Below are positions 10,229 through 23,065 of a stretch of DNA of 32,491 bases, one piece after another. A model generated the notes under the pieces. That model was not told where the DNA came from and searched no databases. It was given only the letters and a program-made list of their open reading frames with translations. A program made the translations under genes and the position numbers. How positions within the stretch are numbered: position 1 is the first letter of the stretch; every line of letters begins with the position of its first letter. This DNA comes from Aduncisulcus paluster. Its lineage: Eukaryota. The stretch is taken from the NCBI GenBank assembly GCA_024181965.1, contig BQXS01012471.1, positions 1-32,491 on the forward strand, written 5' to 3'.

Positions 10229-11320
10229 TTATTTCCATGGAAGGAGAGAAATTTGTTCAATTATTTCACTTTCTTCTGGCATAGTAAATACAAGGGAGTA
10301 GATATAGAAATCTCGACAATTCTTTTTATCCCACCTTCCTTTCCCTTCAATCTCACACAACACAACATTATCCAAATCAATAGGAAGGAAGTGCCATTCG
10401 TAGTCATGTTTTGGTTCTGTGAATTCATACTTCTTGCATGTCTTCTTACCATCACAATCAGTGAAAGTGAAGAGAAGAAATGGGGAACTGTAATCATCAT
10501 TCACATAGATATAAGCACCTTTCATGGGACTAGGTGATAGGAAAGGAACGGAAAGATGGGATAAAAATACATAATCTTCCCCTTTTAACATTCTTTGTGC
10601 TTCTGAACTCTTGTCATAATATTTAGATTCCTTACTATACGCATCATTCTTACACTTAACCATCGAGAATGAAGGAGCTACAAGCTTTGGATCATCTCGT
10701 GGAATGGGAATGGAATCCCTACCTCGAGATTCTTCATCTCCTTTCTTAACAAACTCTGCTTTCACAACTGGAGCGTCAGACCATAGTTTCTCTCTGGCTT
10801 CACGAGCTTTGATTTCTTCAGAAGTTTCTTGTCTAATGAAAACAGGAGATTGGATACTAAAATACTCTTCCTCTCTTCCTTTCCCTGTAATCTCACACAA
10901 AACAACATCAGGAAGATCAACAAGAAGAAAATACCAACGATAACCATAAGATTCGGTAAATTCATATTTCTTGGATGTTTTCTCACCTTTTGAAGATGTG
11001 AGAGTGAAGATAAGATATTCTGGTAGATCCCAACCACCAAATAGACAGATATATACTCCTTTCATTGGGGAACATAGGGAGAAAGGAATGGAGATATGGG
11101 TAAATTTACCATTATTAAACTCTCCTTTCATCATCTTTTGCGCATTAACACTTTGATCGTAATATTGACCATCGTCTTTCTGCGTTCCATCTATTGCTGT
11201 GATAGTTGGGATTTCTGAACTCTTAATATTCGAGGCATCTCGAGGAATTGGACAGCAATATCTATTCCCTTCATGAATAAACTCTGGTTTTACAATTTGT
11301 ATATCGGTAGAAGAACTCAT
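10229..11320 (-). CDS. Unknown two-domain family protein, copy 2, 363 aa
   Basis: ATG at 11320 (MSSSTDIQ), ends SLLPWK*; colinear with copies 1 and 3. Confidence 0.85.
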   Translation of the reverse strand: MSSSTDIQIVKPEFIHEGNRYCCPIPRDASNIKSSEIPTITAIDGTQKDDGQYYDQSVNAQKMMKGEFNNGKFTHISIPFSLCSPMKGVYICLFGGWDLPEYLIFTLTSSKGEKTSKKYEFTESYGYRWYFLLVDLPDVVLCEITGKGREEEYFSIQSPVFIRQETSEEIKAREAREKLWSDAPVVKAEFVKKGDEESRGRDSIPIPRDDPKLVAPSFSMVKCKNDAYSKESKYYDKSSEAQRMLKGEDYVFLSHLSVPFLSPSPMKGAYIYVNDDYSSPFLLFTFTDCDGKKTCKKYEFTEPKHDYEWHFLPIDLDNVVLCEIEGKGRWDKKNCRDFYIYSLVFTMPEESEIIEQISLLPWK

Positions 11321-11707
11321 TGACAATGGAAAAAAGTCGGGATCTTAAAAAAATTTAAAACAAAAATTTCATTACAATACAGTCAATATAATTGCATGAC
11401 ATCGCATAAAATATGTCTTAATGCGCATTTAATGAAATGTGTGACATACAGTAAATCTTGAATTGCTTGCAACGAAGGAAAAGCAGAAGACGAAAACACA
11501 AAGTCGCGAATGACAACCTCAGGAAGCAATATCATACAATATATAAATAAATTTATATGGTCATTTTTCTTTCTATCATATATTGCATGCCATCCTTGTG
11601 AGTCCACTCCTGACACGAAATCGTTTCATAACTTCGACATTTGTTTACATAGTGGATTATAAAGTGACAAAATATGCTGATAAGTTGCAGTTGAAATCTA
11701 TGAATAT
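11321..11707. repeat. 5' flank of copy 2 (shared with copy 1), containing putative 5'-UTR intron 11344-11449
   Basis: Near-identical to 1579-1966; minus-strand GTATGT at 11449 and ttttttaAG at 11344. Confidence 0.85.
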
Positions 11708-12009
11708 CCTGACAATGCTTTATTTTTCTCCTAGCCGAGTTTGGAAGACAGTTGAACCCATTGGTGTAGGTGACGTAAGAAGAAGGCTTATAAACTCAGA
11801 AAAGGGTGTGAAAAGAAAACACAAAATCGTTTCATCAGTCCCGAGCATTCCCTATGTTTCTAATTAGTATACATGAAATCAATTGATGATTATGAACTAC
11901 TACTAATAGTTAAATATATGAGAAAATGTTCTAATTACGCAAGTCAGGCTCATTTATTTTTTGACCGCCACTGACCTAGGCCGATTACAATCAAAATTCG
12001 TTGAAATTC

Positions 12010-15000
12010 CTACATTACTTGGCAAGCAGATTCCACCCTACTATCCCAACCAGGTTTCCCGTAGACCTCACGATGGGAAGTAATAATATCCCCAATTGTC
12101 GGAATATTCCACCCTTCACCAATTGCCGGAAGAAGGGATTTAATAGACTGAACCTTCTCACGAGCAGTGTGAACACTCATTCTTCTTTTATGGTTCTTTA
12201 GAGTCAAAGCAGTAAAAATATTCTTGAAACAAGAATGCAAAGGTTTATATTTACCTCCATCGATCGTCAATAGGGACTTGAATAAAGGCGATTCTAATAA
12301 CATCCCTGTAATTTTTCTTGACAGCATGCTTGCGAGTCTTTCTATAAACAAATGACCGTTCTTGAAACCAATATCTGATATTTCTTCAATAAACGGTGGT
12401 TTCCCAAGGAACAAAGACAGAATAGACATCCCCAAGGAATGTGCATCACTGATCTGTGAATGCTCACCAAATCTAATCGCTTCATAAGCATTATACACAA
12501 GAGTACCACAAACATCTCTCTCGCTTCCCTCTTCCTCTTCAACGGTTTCTTCTTCTTCTTCTCTTTCAAGATCACGATCACGAATCCTCTCTCTCTGAAC
12601 TCGGGACGATTTTGATCGTTGTTGCTGCTTCAATGCGCGTCTTGTTGATGTCGTTTCTAAAAAGGTCTGTGAAATACTGGAAGTTGTCACAGAATGTTGG
12701 ATTTGTGCAAGGCCGAGATCTCCAAGAACAATCGAGCATGTCTGGCTTTTTGTGTCAACACGAACAAGGAAGTTCTCAGGTTTGATATCTCGATGTACAA
12801 GACTCTTCTTTGCCTCGAACACATCATCAAGACACTCGATCATTCCAACACAAAGAGCTGCCACTTTCACAGGGTTCAGTGACATGGGATCAAATTCTCC
12901 AACAGAACTTGTTGAATCATCGGAAACATATGAAGATTCATCATCTCTCTCATCATCATTTGAGTATTTTGAAGAAGTTGATGTAACCCCACTCTCATAC
13001 TTGCCATCAGCACACCAACTCTTTGCAAACGAACTCACACTGCCTCCAATACAAAACTCCATGATAAATCCATATACACCCTGGAAATCCCCATCGAGAA
13101 GGTCAAAAATATACATTGGACGAGGGATACGGTTGAAACATTTCGGATTCATGAACAATTTGGACTGGAATCTGAACTCCTTGCGACATTTCTTAATTAT
13201 ACTATTATCAGCTTTGCCTAACATCCTTTTCAGTATGCAAGGTTCAGCAACTCCAGGTATGCGAACAAGAAGAACCTCACCAAAAGCTCCTGTTCCAATA
13301 ATACATAAGGATTTCATACCGAATGAGGAAGTCAGAGTCATAGAGTCAGCAATGGGATGGTGTTTCTCACGTTTCAATGAAATTACAGCAGAATCAAGGG
13401 GAATTCCAGCGTGGACAACCTTGAAGGCAGTGGGATCACCAGAAGAAGAAAGAGACGCTTGATGACGTGTTGCATCATCTGTGGAAGACTCAGATGAATG
13501 GGAGTGTTTCTCTTTCTTCTCTTTCTTCTGTTTCTTTTGTGGTTTTGCTTCCGTTCTCTTGTGGAGTATTTGTCTGACTCTATCCGAACGTTTATGGTCA
13601 TCAAAGTAAGGAATTCCATCACCTTCTTTCTTTGTGGGACTGCTCATCGTCTTCTTTCGACCTTGAACAGGTGCCGATTTCATTTGAACTGCACGTTTAC
13701 CCATTCCTCTTTTGACTGCAGGCTTTTTTGTTTGATGATATGTCTTTCCAACCATTAGTTGTTGCTTCGTTGTCTTTCGCTGTTTGTTCTTTCTCATAGA
13801 TCGTTCCATATGAGAAGTCATAGGAATGATTTCTTCCTCTTCCTCTTCCTCTTCCTCTTCGCCTTTTTCATGATCAACATAAAACTCTTCTTCATCTTGT
13901 TCCATGTCTTCTTGTATGGATTGAATCACATTCTTTCTGTTCTTCTCTTTCTTCTCCAATCTCCTTTCCTCTTTCTTTCTCCATGTTTCGCGTTGGTCTC
14001 TTGTACCCTTCGAATAAGAACGAGAGTGAGCGATGCAAAAACTTACAAAGAATATAACAAAACAGAGTATTCCAATTATCAAAAAAGTCCAGAGAACAGA
14101 AGGAACATAGTAAAACCAAAGAGCAACGAACACACACACAATGGCCACAGAGAGAAACTGGAATACACGTAAAGGGTTATCTCCGTCAACATCTTCGAGA
14201 TTAGACATAGCATCTCCATAAGAATATCCAACCACGGCTTTGTCAATATCTTCCCCATTGCCATCAAGATAATGTCTCTGCTTATTCTGTGGTAGTTGTT
14301 GGGTGGCTGAACTGTCAGTAACAAAATCACCATATGGCTCCCAACCAGATACCATCCAAAAAAGACACACAATACCCAAGCAGATTGGAATCAAATATGG
14401 GAACAACCACGTATCTGATGAAGCCCAAATAATGGTAGGAATTACTATGAGAGGGAGCCATATGATACCACACACCAATGTAAGGGGACCCTCGAATATC
14501 CTCTCACCGAGAAGGTCAACAATGCTATCAATCGACACATATCCAGTATTAATGGCATCAATTTCATGATCTTCATCAGAGTCCTGCTCCTCTTCTCCGT
14601 CATGGTGAGTTTTGTTCCTTGTAATATGTGTTGTTACTCTCACATTTTGATTGGAGGTGTCCATATAGTGGCCAACACACGATATAATCGAGAAGAATAA
14701 TCCCATGAGAAATATACCAAAACAATTCCAGCTGAGATCTGGATGGGTATTAATAAAACGAACAAAAATACCCATTCCAACACCGGTAATCACAGTGAAA
14801 ACGAAGACAACGAATGAATTGAATAATAATTTGGAGCAATCTTTGGCTTTCACACGTGATTGGCACATTTGAACAACAATAATAAAGAAACCATCGGCCA
14901 ACAGGGATAAAAACACGAGGAAAAAGAAGAATTGGACTGGCTCTTTATAATTATGAATCATAAACAACCCAAATGAAGCCACAGATGCAAATACTGAGAT

Positions 15001-16714
15001 AATTATCATTGATATCTTCGGGTGAACACCTAACAAGCTCACAATAATGACCCAGGAAAGGACAACGAAGAAGAAAATCCCTCCAATTATAACTGAAAGT
15101 GTCCATATAGTGGCCAACACACGATATAATCGAGAAGAATAATCCCATGAGAAATATACCAAAACAATTCCAGCTGAGATCTGGATGGGTATTAATAAAA
15201 CGAACAAAAATACCCATTCCAACACCGGTAATCACAGTGAAAACGAAGACAACGAATGAATTGAATAATAATTTGGAGCAATCTTTGGCTTTCACACGTG
15301 ATTGGCACATTTGAACAACAATAATAAAGAAACCATCGGCCAACAGGGATAAAAACACGAGGAAAAAGAAGAATTGGACTGGCTCTTTATAATTATGAAT
15401 CATAAACAACCCAAATGAAGCCACAGATGCAAATACTGAGATAATTATCATTGATATCTTCGGGTGAACACCTAACAAGCTCACAATAATGACCCAGGAA
15501 AGGACAACGAAGAAGAAAATCCCTCCAATTATAACTGAAAGTAAGTCAGAGCGGTTGAGACCAACTATAAGAAGCAAAAAGCTTGGAATACCGATTGATA
15601 TAGCATTTGAAACAAGGAATTTCGTATAGTTCACATCAAAATCAGCTCCCCATGTGAGAATAAATGAAGATATAAGGAGACCAAGTGGAATGGTGAAATA
15701 AATGGGATGGAAGAAGAATCCAAATGACATGGAACTTCCACAGGCAAGAAAAGGAGCTATACAAAAGAAGAATTGGACTGGCTCTTTATAATTATGAATC
15801 ATAAACAACCCAAATGAAGCCACAGATGCAAATACTGAGATAATTATCATTGATATCTTCGGGTGAACACCTAACAAGCTCACAATAATGACCCAGGAAA
15901 GGACAACGAAGAAGAAAATCCCTCCAATTATAACTGAAAGTAAGTCAGAGCGGTTGAGACCAACTATAAGAAGCAAAAAGCTTGGAATACCGATTGATAT
16001 AGCATTTGAAACAAGGAATTTCGTATAGTTCACATCAAAATCAGCTCCCCATGTGAGAATAAATGAAGATATAAGGAGACCAAGTGGAATGGTGAAATAA
16101 ATGGGATGGAAGAAGAATCCAAATGACATGGAACTTCCACAGGCAAGAAAAGGAGCTATACCGAGAAATAAACAGAAATAAACACCATAATCATAAATTT
16201 TAACCACTTTATAAAACGCAATAACAGAATAAATCGTGTTTATGGCACCAATTACAAGTCCAATAATACTTGTAATCTTTAAGTCAGTATCAATGGATGT
16301 ACTCGAGGTAATGAGAAGAGAAAGCCAAATGATCAATGTACTGCCGATAAATGCTCCTATAGCTCCGGAATAAAAGAAAAAGACGTTCTTGGGGTCAGTT
16401 GAAGGATTTAACTGCGGGAAACATGGAGACAGCACAAATTTCCAAAATAAGAAAAAAATTGCGAACCAAGCAAGACAACTTGCATTAAGCCATATCATTG
16501 CAGTTGGAGTAACGTCAATAACGGATTCTAACTCAGTTTCAAGAGAGGAGAAAAAGATCTGTTGATGATCATTGATCAACTCAGTTTTTGCCGCTGACAC
16601 GGATGAAGATAAACATAAAACAAGGATAAAAACGCATAATAATGCTTTCCATGATTTAAACCGTTTAAGATTAGGAAATAAAGTTGAACTCGAAAAATGG
16701 GTTGATAAATGCAT
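12010..16714 (-). CDS. Multipass membrane protein with C-terminal Ser/Thr kinase; split into two ORFs by a 442-bp duplication (about 1287 aa once duplications are collapsed)
   Basis: Signal-peptide-like N-terminus from 16714, many hydrophobic helices, charged linker, kinase motifs IGTGAFGEV, ILKRM, KEF, HRDIKPEN, DLGLA, GTLVYNAYE. 4705-442=4263 and 4263-399=3864 nt are both multiples of 3. Confidence 0.8.
14657..15540. repeat. Exact tandem duplication, 2 x 442 bp (14657-15098, 15099-15540), frameshifting
   Basis: Both units start gtgtccatatagtggcc and end ccaattataactgaaa. Confidence 0.92.
15364..16161. repeat. Exact tandem duplication, 2 x 399 bp (15364-15762, 15763-16161), in frame
   Basis: Both units start aaaagaagaattggactgg and end aggagctatac; 133-aa repeat in the translation. 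Confidence 0.92.
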
Positions 16715-17264
16715 TAAATAAGATTATATTATTCAAATTCAATTAAACTGGGATTTTATAAAATAAATAACTTAAATTTTTGAGTATTAAATTATGGATG
16801 GTAGACAAACAGCGAAATCGAAGCTCCATTCGAAACACTTTAATAAATCCACGAATGAATACATAAAAATAGCCAAGTTATTTATTATATTAAATATTGA
16901 TCAGTTAAAATAAGTTGTAATCTCCCGTTCCGAACGGAATCGAATCCGACTCTGTCGAGGCTCGATTGTGGGAAAAATAATTGATAATAACATTATTTTC
17001 TTAAATAAAATGTTATAATAGTTATCTATTTCAATATATTTATAATAAGATTCTCTTTCAACTATTTGTTTCACTCTTTCTCGCATAAAAAAGTAAGAAT
17101 TATTGTTAGAAAGAGGGAATCCACGACATTCCCTTCGACATTATTACACAAATATTAGCTTCAGTTTTTCAGAATTTCTTCCAAGATATTAATATGTGAT
17201 CTCATCGATAAAACATATTAAAAAGAAGGGTTAATCATTCTATTTCTTAATTCTATTCCCCAAC

Positions 17265-17546
17265 ATGACATATCCTCGTACTATTCCATCTCCAGCTACT
17301 CTTTGCACAACTGACGATGAAGACACTGTTTTGGTCGAAGAGGATTTGGAAGCTCTTCAATCCCTTCTGACCTCATCAACGCATAAATCCCTTCATTTTT
17401 CATCCTTATCCCCGCATTTCTCCGAGATAGAGTCAATTGTACTCCCAAAGACTGATCGATCTTATGACTTAAGTTACTTGGACTTCCCAAACATTACCTC
17501 CCTAAGCTTCTATCTCTTCTTCTTCAACTCAAACTTTCATCCCTAA
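17265..17546 (+). CDS. Short hypothetical protein or truncated gene fragment, 93 aa
   Basis: ATG after an AT-rich spacer and protein-like composition; no recognisable motif. Confidence 0.35.
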   Translation: MTYPRTIPSPATLCTTDDEDTVLVEEDLEALQSLLTSSTHKSLHFSSLSPHFSEIESIVLPKTDRSYDLSYLDFPNITSLSFYLFFFNSNFHP

Positions 17547-18106
17547 GGTTTTTGCCTTGCGTAAACCTCATTCAACGGACATGCTTACGGAGGAAGAGTC
17601 TTCCAGGAATTAAGTCAAGTTTTAACTGACAATACAATAATTTACTTCAATATTATAAACATAATATACCAAATCACACCTAAACCATACAAAAACTATC
17701 ACGTCAAAAAACGGTATTATCACTTATAAACAAAAACAATTAATGATTCAATTATTGATTTAGATGATCTAAACATTGTTACAATTAATGGAATCAAGTA
17801 CTATCAGATTGATGCATAGTAGAGTATTGTAGAGTGCAGTGCAGTATAGATTATTCCTCAAAAAATGGGACATACAGATCATCATCATCTTCACCACAAT
17901 GATAATACTATTATCATTAGTAATGATCGCCTCCTCCATCTCCTCCTTCAAGTTCACCTAGTGAATCATCATCTCCTTCAACATCATCAACATCTCTTTT
18001 AAAAACCCACCCAAGTTCTTCAGTGTACGTCCAGATTTGAGGAACACGACCTGGAGTACTGCCATCAACAGGAATCTCAAAAAAAAGAAAGAATAGAACA
18101 GATGCG

Positions 18107-19660
18107 TTACAAAGTTATAAATAAACGTTTTGTTCCCATCAACCCAGGCTTTGGATACTGTAGAGCAACTTCCTTATAAGAAGTACTAGTGACCATAGAA
18201 ACATCTTCATCGATGTATGAATCAACAAAACATTTGAAAGTAGCCATGTGAAAGTTGTGAACGTGTTTCTTAAATTCTGAATAAACTTTCGGTTGGAAGA
18301 ATGCCGGAAAACACATCTTTTCCTTCTTTGTGATCATATTGGTTCCATCGATGAGTGCATTTATCTGAGACGGCTCCAATACAGAATCTGTAGTTTCCCC
18401 CAATCCATTATAAACCGAAATCCATTGCTTCTGTTGAGGTACAGTGAAACATTCAATAGGATCTTCATAAATAAACTCATATAAATGGTTCAATGCATAT
18501 TGAATCTCCCCAATCAATACTTCATTTTCATTCTCAACGTCAAACATCTCAGGATTAGAGAAATATACTATGTAAACAGGTCTAGAGACAGCACTTTCTT
18601 CAGTGGCATTATGAAGAAAAGATATATGGGGGAAGTCAGACTTCATAATAAATTCCCCATAACATGCATAATGATGTTGCCAGTAGCTTCGTATTCCAAG
18701 AATCCATCTTTTTCTGGTCGTCTCTGTCCAATCTTTGAAGAATGAGTGCCCAGCATGTTTTCCACAAGGAACACTAAGGATTTTACCTCCAAGATGCTCG
18801 AATAGATCACTTGTGATGCTATAGTCTGATCCATGGTGAGGAGCAGAGATGAAATGAGGGTTTTTAACAGAAAAAAACGAGAAATATGACATACCATCGT
18901 CAGTATGTTCAGAGGAGGGCTGACAGAATGGAGAATGGGAAGTACACATATCTCCAGTGAAAAGAGCTGTAAAAGGAGTCGTGGAAGGGGTTGAATGGCT
19001 GTATGAAAAGAAGACAGCAATGGAGTTATAGTTTTCCTCGTATGAATGACTATCAGGACGACTATAAGAAGGAATAAACAAAGTTATGTCAAATTTACAC
19101 GATTCAGAGGAACTTCTGCGGGCAATAATATTGTTATCAAATGACATAATAACAGAAAAATCATTTTCCTCCAAGGTCTCAACCCTTCCTGATATTGGAT
19201 CTCTGATATAAGTTGCATTCACAGTATGGATTGGATCATGTGGCCTGCTGGAATGGAAAATATGATCATTGTGATTGTGAGTTTCAAAATATTCAATGAA
19301 AGTAATTCCTTCTTTGCGAAGCTCTTGCACAAGAGGATATCCAGGAGTTCTCCCAGAGTCAATTATTGCAGCATAAGTTCCACATTTAATCAGATAATAA
19401 TTATAACTGCAACGAGTTCCAACATTAATGTGAGAAACTTCAATATCGAGGGACTCCCTCGGAGGGTTGTGCAACAACTGCCAGTGGCACTAGAAAGATA
19501 ATAGCAAAATAAATCAAGAAAACAAATTAAATAGAAATAAGGAACCACCTAAAAGTGCACATACTATTCTAGATTTCGTCAAAAAAACTCTCCAAAAGAA
19601 ACTCCGCCTGAAGAAGTCGAGAAAAAGCTCCCAAATATTTCTCAATTTAATAAATAACAT
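18107..19660 (-). CDS. Metallo-beta-lactamase-fold hydrolase, ComEC/Rec2-like; exons 19660-19565 and 19489-18107 (492 aa)
   Basis: HINVG, IIDSG, THNHNDH (HxHxDH), LFTGD, APHHGS. A 75-nt intron 19564-19490 (GTATGT...tttctAG) joins ATG 19660 in frame. The 3' end may extend to ~17920. Confidence 0.8.
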
Positions 19661-19935
19661 ATTATTATTCGTTGTAAATATATTGATACATTTCTGGTTA
19701 TCTATTGGAAATGTTAGAATAGATCATCTCTTCTTGGTGTTCTTTCCGTTAAGATATATTAAATTCAATAATATATTATCTCTATTTCAAAGATCTAAAT
19801 CAATAATTTTGTTATTACCTCCCAAATAGAAGAATCATGACAGATAGATAACATTGCCGGATAAAGGAGATTCGATGAAGTATCAATTTCTTAATTCTCG
19901 TTTTGTTCGTTCCCAACTCTTTTGAGAAATCTTAA

Positions 19936-22900
19936 ATGCTTTCTTTCCAACTTCCGGCGGTTTCTAAAACCTCCCGTTCTAAGCATTATGCCGATCCTAT
20001 GCGATCTAAATCATCAACATCTCAAAGGCGCCTGGATATCCTTAGAAAAACAGCGGGTATGTAAATATTACACTTTATTTCGATATTATCTTTCTAAATA
20101 TCACATCTAATCTAATTTTGTCATTCTTTTTCATAGAACGTTTAATTCAGGAACAAATTTCATCTAAAACCATCGAAAAATCACATGTATGTTATCATTT
20201 CCATTGTATCTTTTTGTATAGTGCCCTTTAATACTTGGAAGGGTCGTGTTTATTCTTTCGTGCTATTATTTATCTATGAATTTCTATCACACCTCTCAAA
20301 CACGATATTCTTCCTTTTTTTATTGCTTTAGGCAACAAAATTAGGAGAATCGGCAAGGAAAGTATCCAAACTATCGTCTGATCTTCGAAAATCGAGAATA
20401 TCACAGGAGAAACTTGTGACTCAACTTGAAAACGAACGTAAATCCTTTAAACAATTATCATTTTCCGTACAATCAAATGAACTTTTGACTTCTCACCTGT
20501 CCACTCTTGCCGGAAAGCTTGAGACAGACATCTCCCTTATTTCCACTCAATTTGATCGTAGTGAGCAGGTAAAAGAGAAAATGTCGACTAAAATCACAAC
20601 AATTGAAGGTCAATTATCAGATATGGAACAATTAGTCCAGTCTATGTCATCCTCCTTCAAAGAGAAAGAAGATACCTTTGAGAGCGAGAAGAATGACCTT
20701 ATTGCTTCCATAGATGACCTTAAACAAAAGAATGAAGGCCTATCTTCTGAAAATGGTGCTCTTCGTACTTCTTTGCAATCTATGCAGGAAGATCACGCAT
20801 CCTCGATGAAATCTTGGGAATTACGTGTCTCTGAGTTGGAAACACAACTAAAAGAATGGCAAACAAAACTATCTCAAGCTGAAGCAAGCCATCAGACTGC
20901 CCTACAAACCAAACATGATGAAATGACTCATGCTGTCGCTGACATATCTGCTCTGTTGGAGTCTGAGAGGATTTCCCACGCGCAGATAATAGAAGACCAC
21001 CAAAAGCAACTATCCATACAGACAAAGGAGATTTCCATGCTTCAAGGATCTGTTAAGTCACTCACCAATCTGAATGAGCTTAGTATTGCTGATAAAGAGA
21101 AAGAATCAAAGAGATTACGTGATGTGGAAAAAGAATTGAAAGATCTCATGGAACAATGCGAAAATGAAAGGGAAAGAGAGGCATCTGAGAGAGAAAAAGA
21201 AGCGGAACGTTATCGAAAGTCTGAAGAACAACGAAAAGCAGCTGAACTCGCTCTTAGAAAGGAACATGAACTAAAAAAAGAACTTGAGAATGTTCAAAAA
21301 GAGTTGTCTAAAGCTCTTGATGAATCCAATGCTCTTCTCAAAGACACGAATGAAAAGCTTTCATTGTCGGAAGTATCTTTGCGTGAGACCAAGGAAGAAT
21401 TGTCTGTTCAAAGCAAAGAAATGGATTTAAAATGCAGAGAACTAGAAACAAACCTGAGTGATCTTAAAAAATCTTCCAAACAAACCTCTTTGCTTGCTCA
21501 AGAAAGGAAAGAAAAGTTGGAAGCTGATAAAAAGGAACTTGTAGCAGAAATATCAAAGCTTACCGAATCAGTGAAAGCTCTTGAAAGTGAGAAACAAGAA
21601 CTATTTTTAGAACATGAGAAGTTCAAGGATCAAATTGCACAATCCGGCAAAAAACGAGATCGTGAAGAGAAGAAGCGAGAACGAGAAGAGAAGAAGAAAC
21701 TTGAGACTCTTATCAAAGACCTTCGAAGTGAATTAGCAATGGAAAAAGAAGCATACAAGACCCTTTGTGCTTCGAACGATGAAGAAGAGAAGAAGAGAGA
21801 GAAGGTAGAAGCCGAAAGAGAGAAAGAGAGAGAGAGAAGAAGAAGAACGTTATAGAAAAGAAGAACGTGAAAAGCAGAGATTGCAAGAGAAAGAGGCTCT
21901 TCTGGTTCAACGAATGGAGGAAGAGAAACAGGAATTGTTACAAGTCGAGGAAGAACGAAAGAAACAATTCGAATCCACTCTTATTTCGCTGAGAAAAGTG
22001 CAATCCGAGCTTAAGGACGTTAAGGAGATGAACATTGTTCTTTCCCAACAAATTGAACAAATGAATTGTGAACAAGAAGAAAGAGAGAAGAGAGAGAGAG
22101 AAGAAAGAGAGAGAGAGAGAAGAGAGAGGGAACTCGAGGCTAATATGGAGAGAGAAAGAAAAGAATACGAGCACAAAGAAAAAGAATGTGAGAAACTTGT
22201 TCAGGATCAGCTTTCAATGTTATCTTCCCCTCCTCTCTGCAAGGAAAGACTCTCGACCATCCAGACAACATCTCTGAAGAAGTTATATCAGTACTCACCG
22301 AATAATAAGAAGAAACAAGCAGATGAGAAACATCGTTCTAAATTTAGTACATCTCATCGAACAAGAACGGATTCTGAACCCATTGATAGTGATTTTTCTG
22401 AAGGAGAAGTGGAAGAGGATGATGTCATTGATGAAAAAGAAAGAGAAGAAGAAGAAGAAGAAGAAGAAATGTCAGAGACCTCCAGTGAAAAACGATTCAA
22501 ACTACAACCATCAGCAGCAGGCTCGATAAAGCTTAGATCACATCAAAGTATTGGGAAGGGTGCTAATAGTAATAAGAAAATCAGAAAAAAGAAATCAATT
22601 GCTGCTTCACATCGGTCAATTTCCACCACATCTGCAAAAAAGACCTCTTCCTCTTCCTCTTCCCAAGGAATTAAAAGAAGATCTTCATCGAGATCTTCAG
22701 GTGTTTCTTCTCATTCTAGGTCAAAACCAAGTTCTATAAATAGCACCAATAGTTTCTCATCTTTATTGGAGAGTGACGGTTATAGAATTTCTTCAGCTTC
22801 GAAGCCCCCTTCCAACTCTTCTTCCTCTTCTTTTTCCTCCGATGTCGTGTCGCTTTCTCCTACCCCGTGCAGACCAATTCGAGAGAAGCGTCTAAAAAGC

Positions 22901-23065
22901 AAAAAGAAGAAATCGGTTTCCACTCGTCATTTTGAGAAGAATCGGAATTCTCAAACAACTCAAGGACATGTCACAGCAGAGTCAAAGAGCAGGAGATCAA
23001 CTGTTATTCCTCTCCACGTATCTCCGAGCGATCCTTTATTTGATGGAGATGTATTTGAATTTTAA
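19936..23065 (+). CDS. Long coiled-coil protein with Ser/Lys-rich tail; exons 19936-20056, 20137-20186, 20332-23065 with one frameshift near 21820-21850 (~968 aa if repaired)
   Basis: Introns 20057-20136 and 20187-20331 (GTATGT...AG) keep frame into ORF 20416-21855. E/K/R-rich heptads continue in the frame of 21881-23065 after a (GA)n run. Confidence 0.75.

Noticed and set aside
12752-13462. 236-aa plus-strand ORF and other antisense ORFs over CCT5, kinases and coiled-coil genes
   Set aside because: Shadow frames of real genes on the opposite strand, with no motifs.
18107-18109. TAA/TAG-to-Gln alternative code (as in hexamitid diplomonads)
   Set aside because: Conserved genes end at TAA/TAG at expected positions (cdd, CCT5) and long ORFs have no in-frame TAR.
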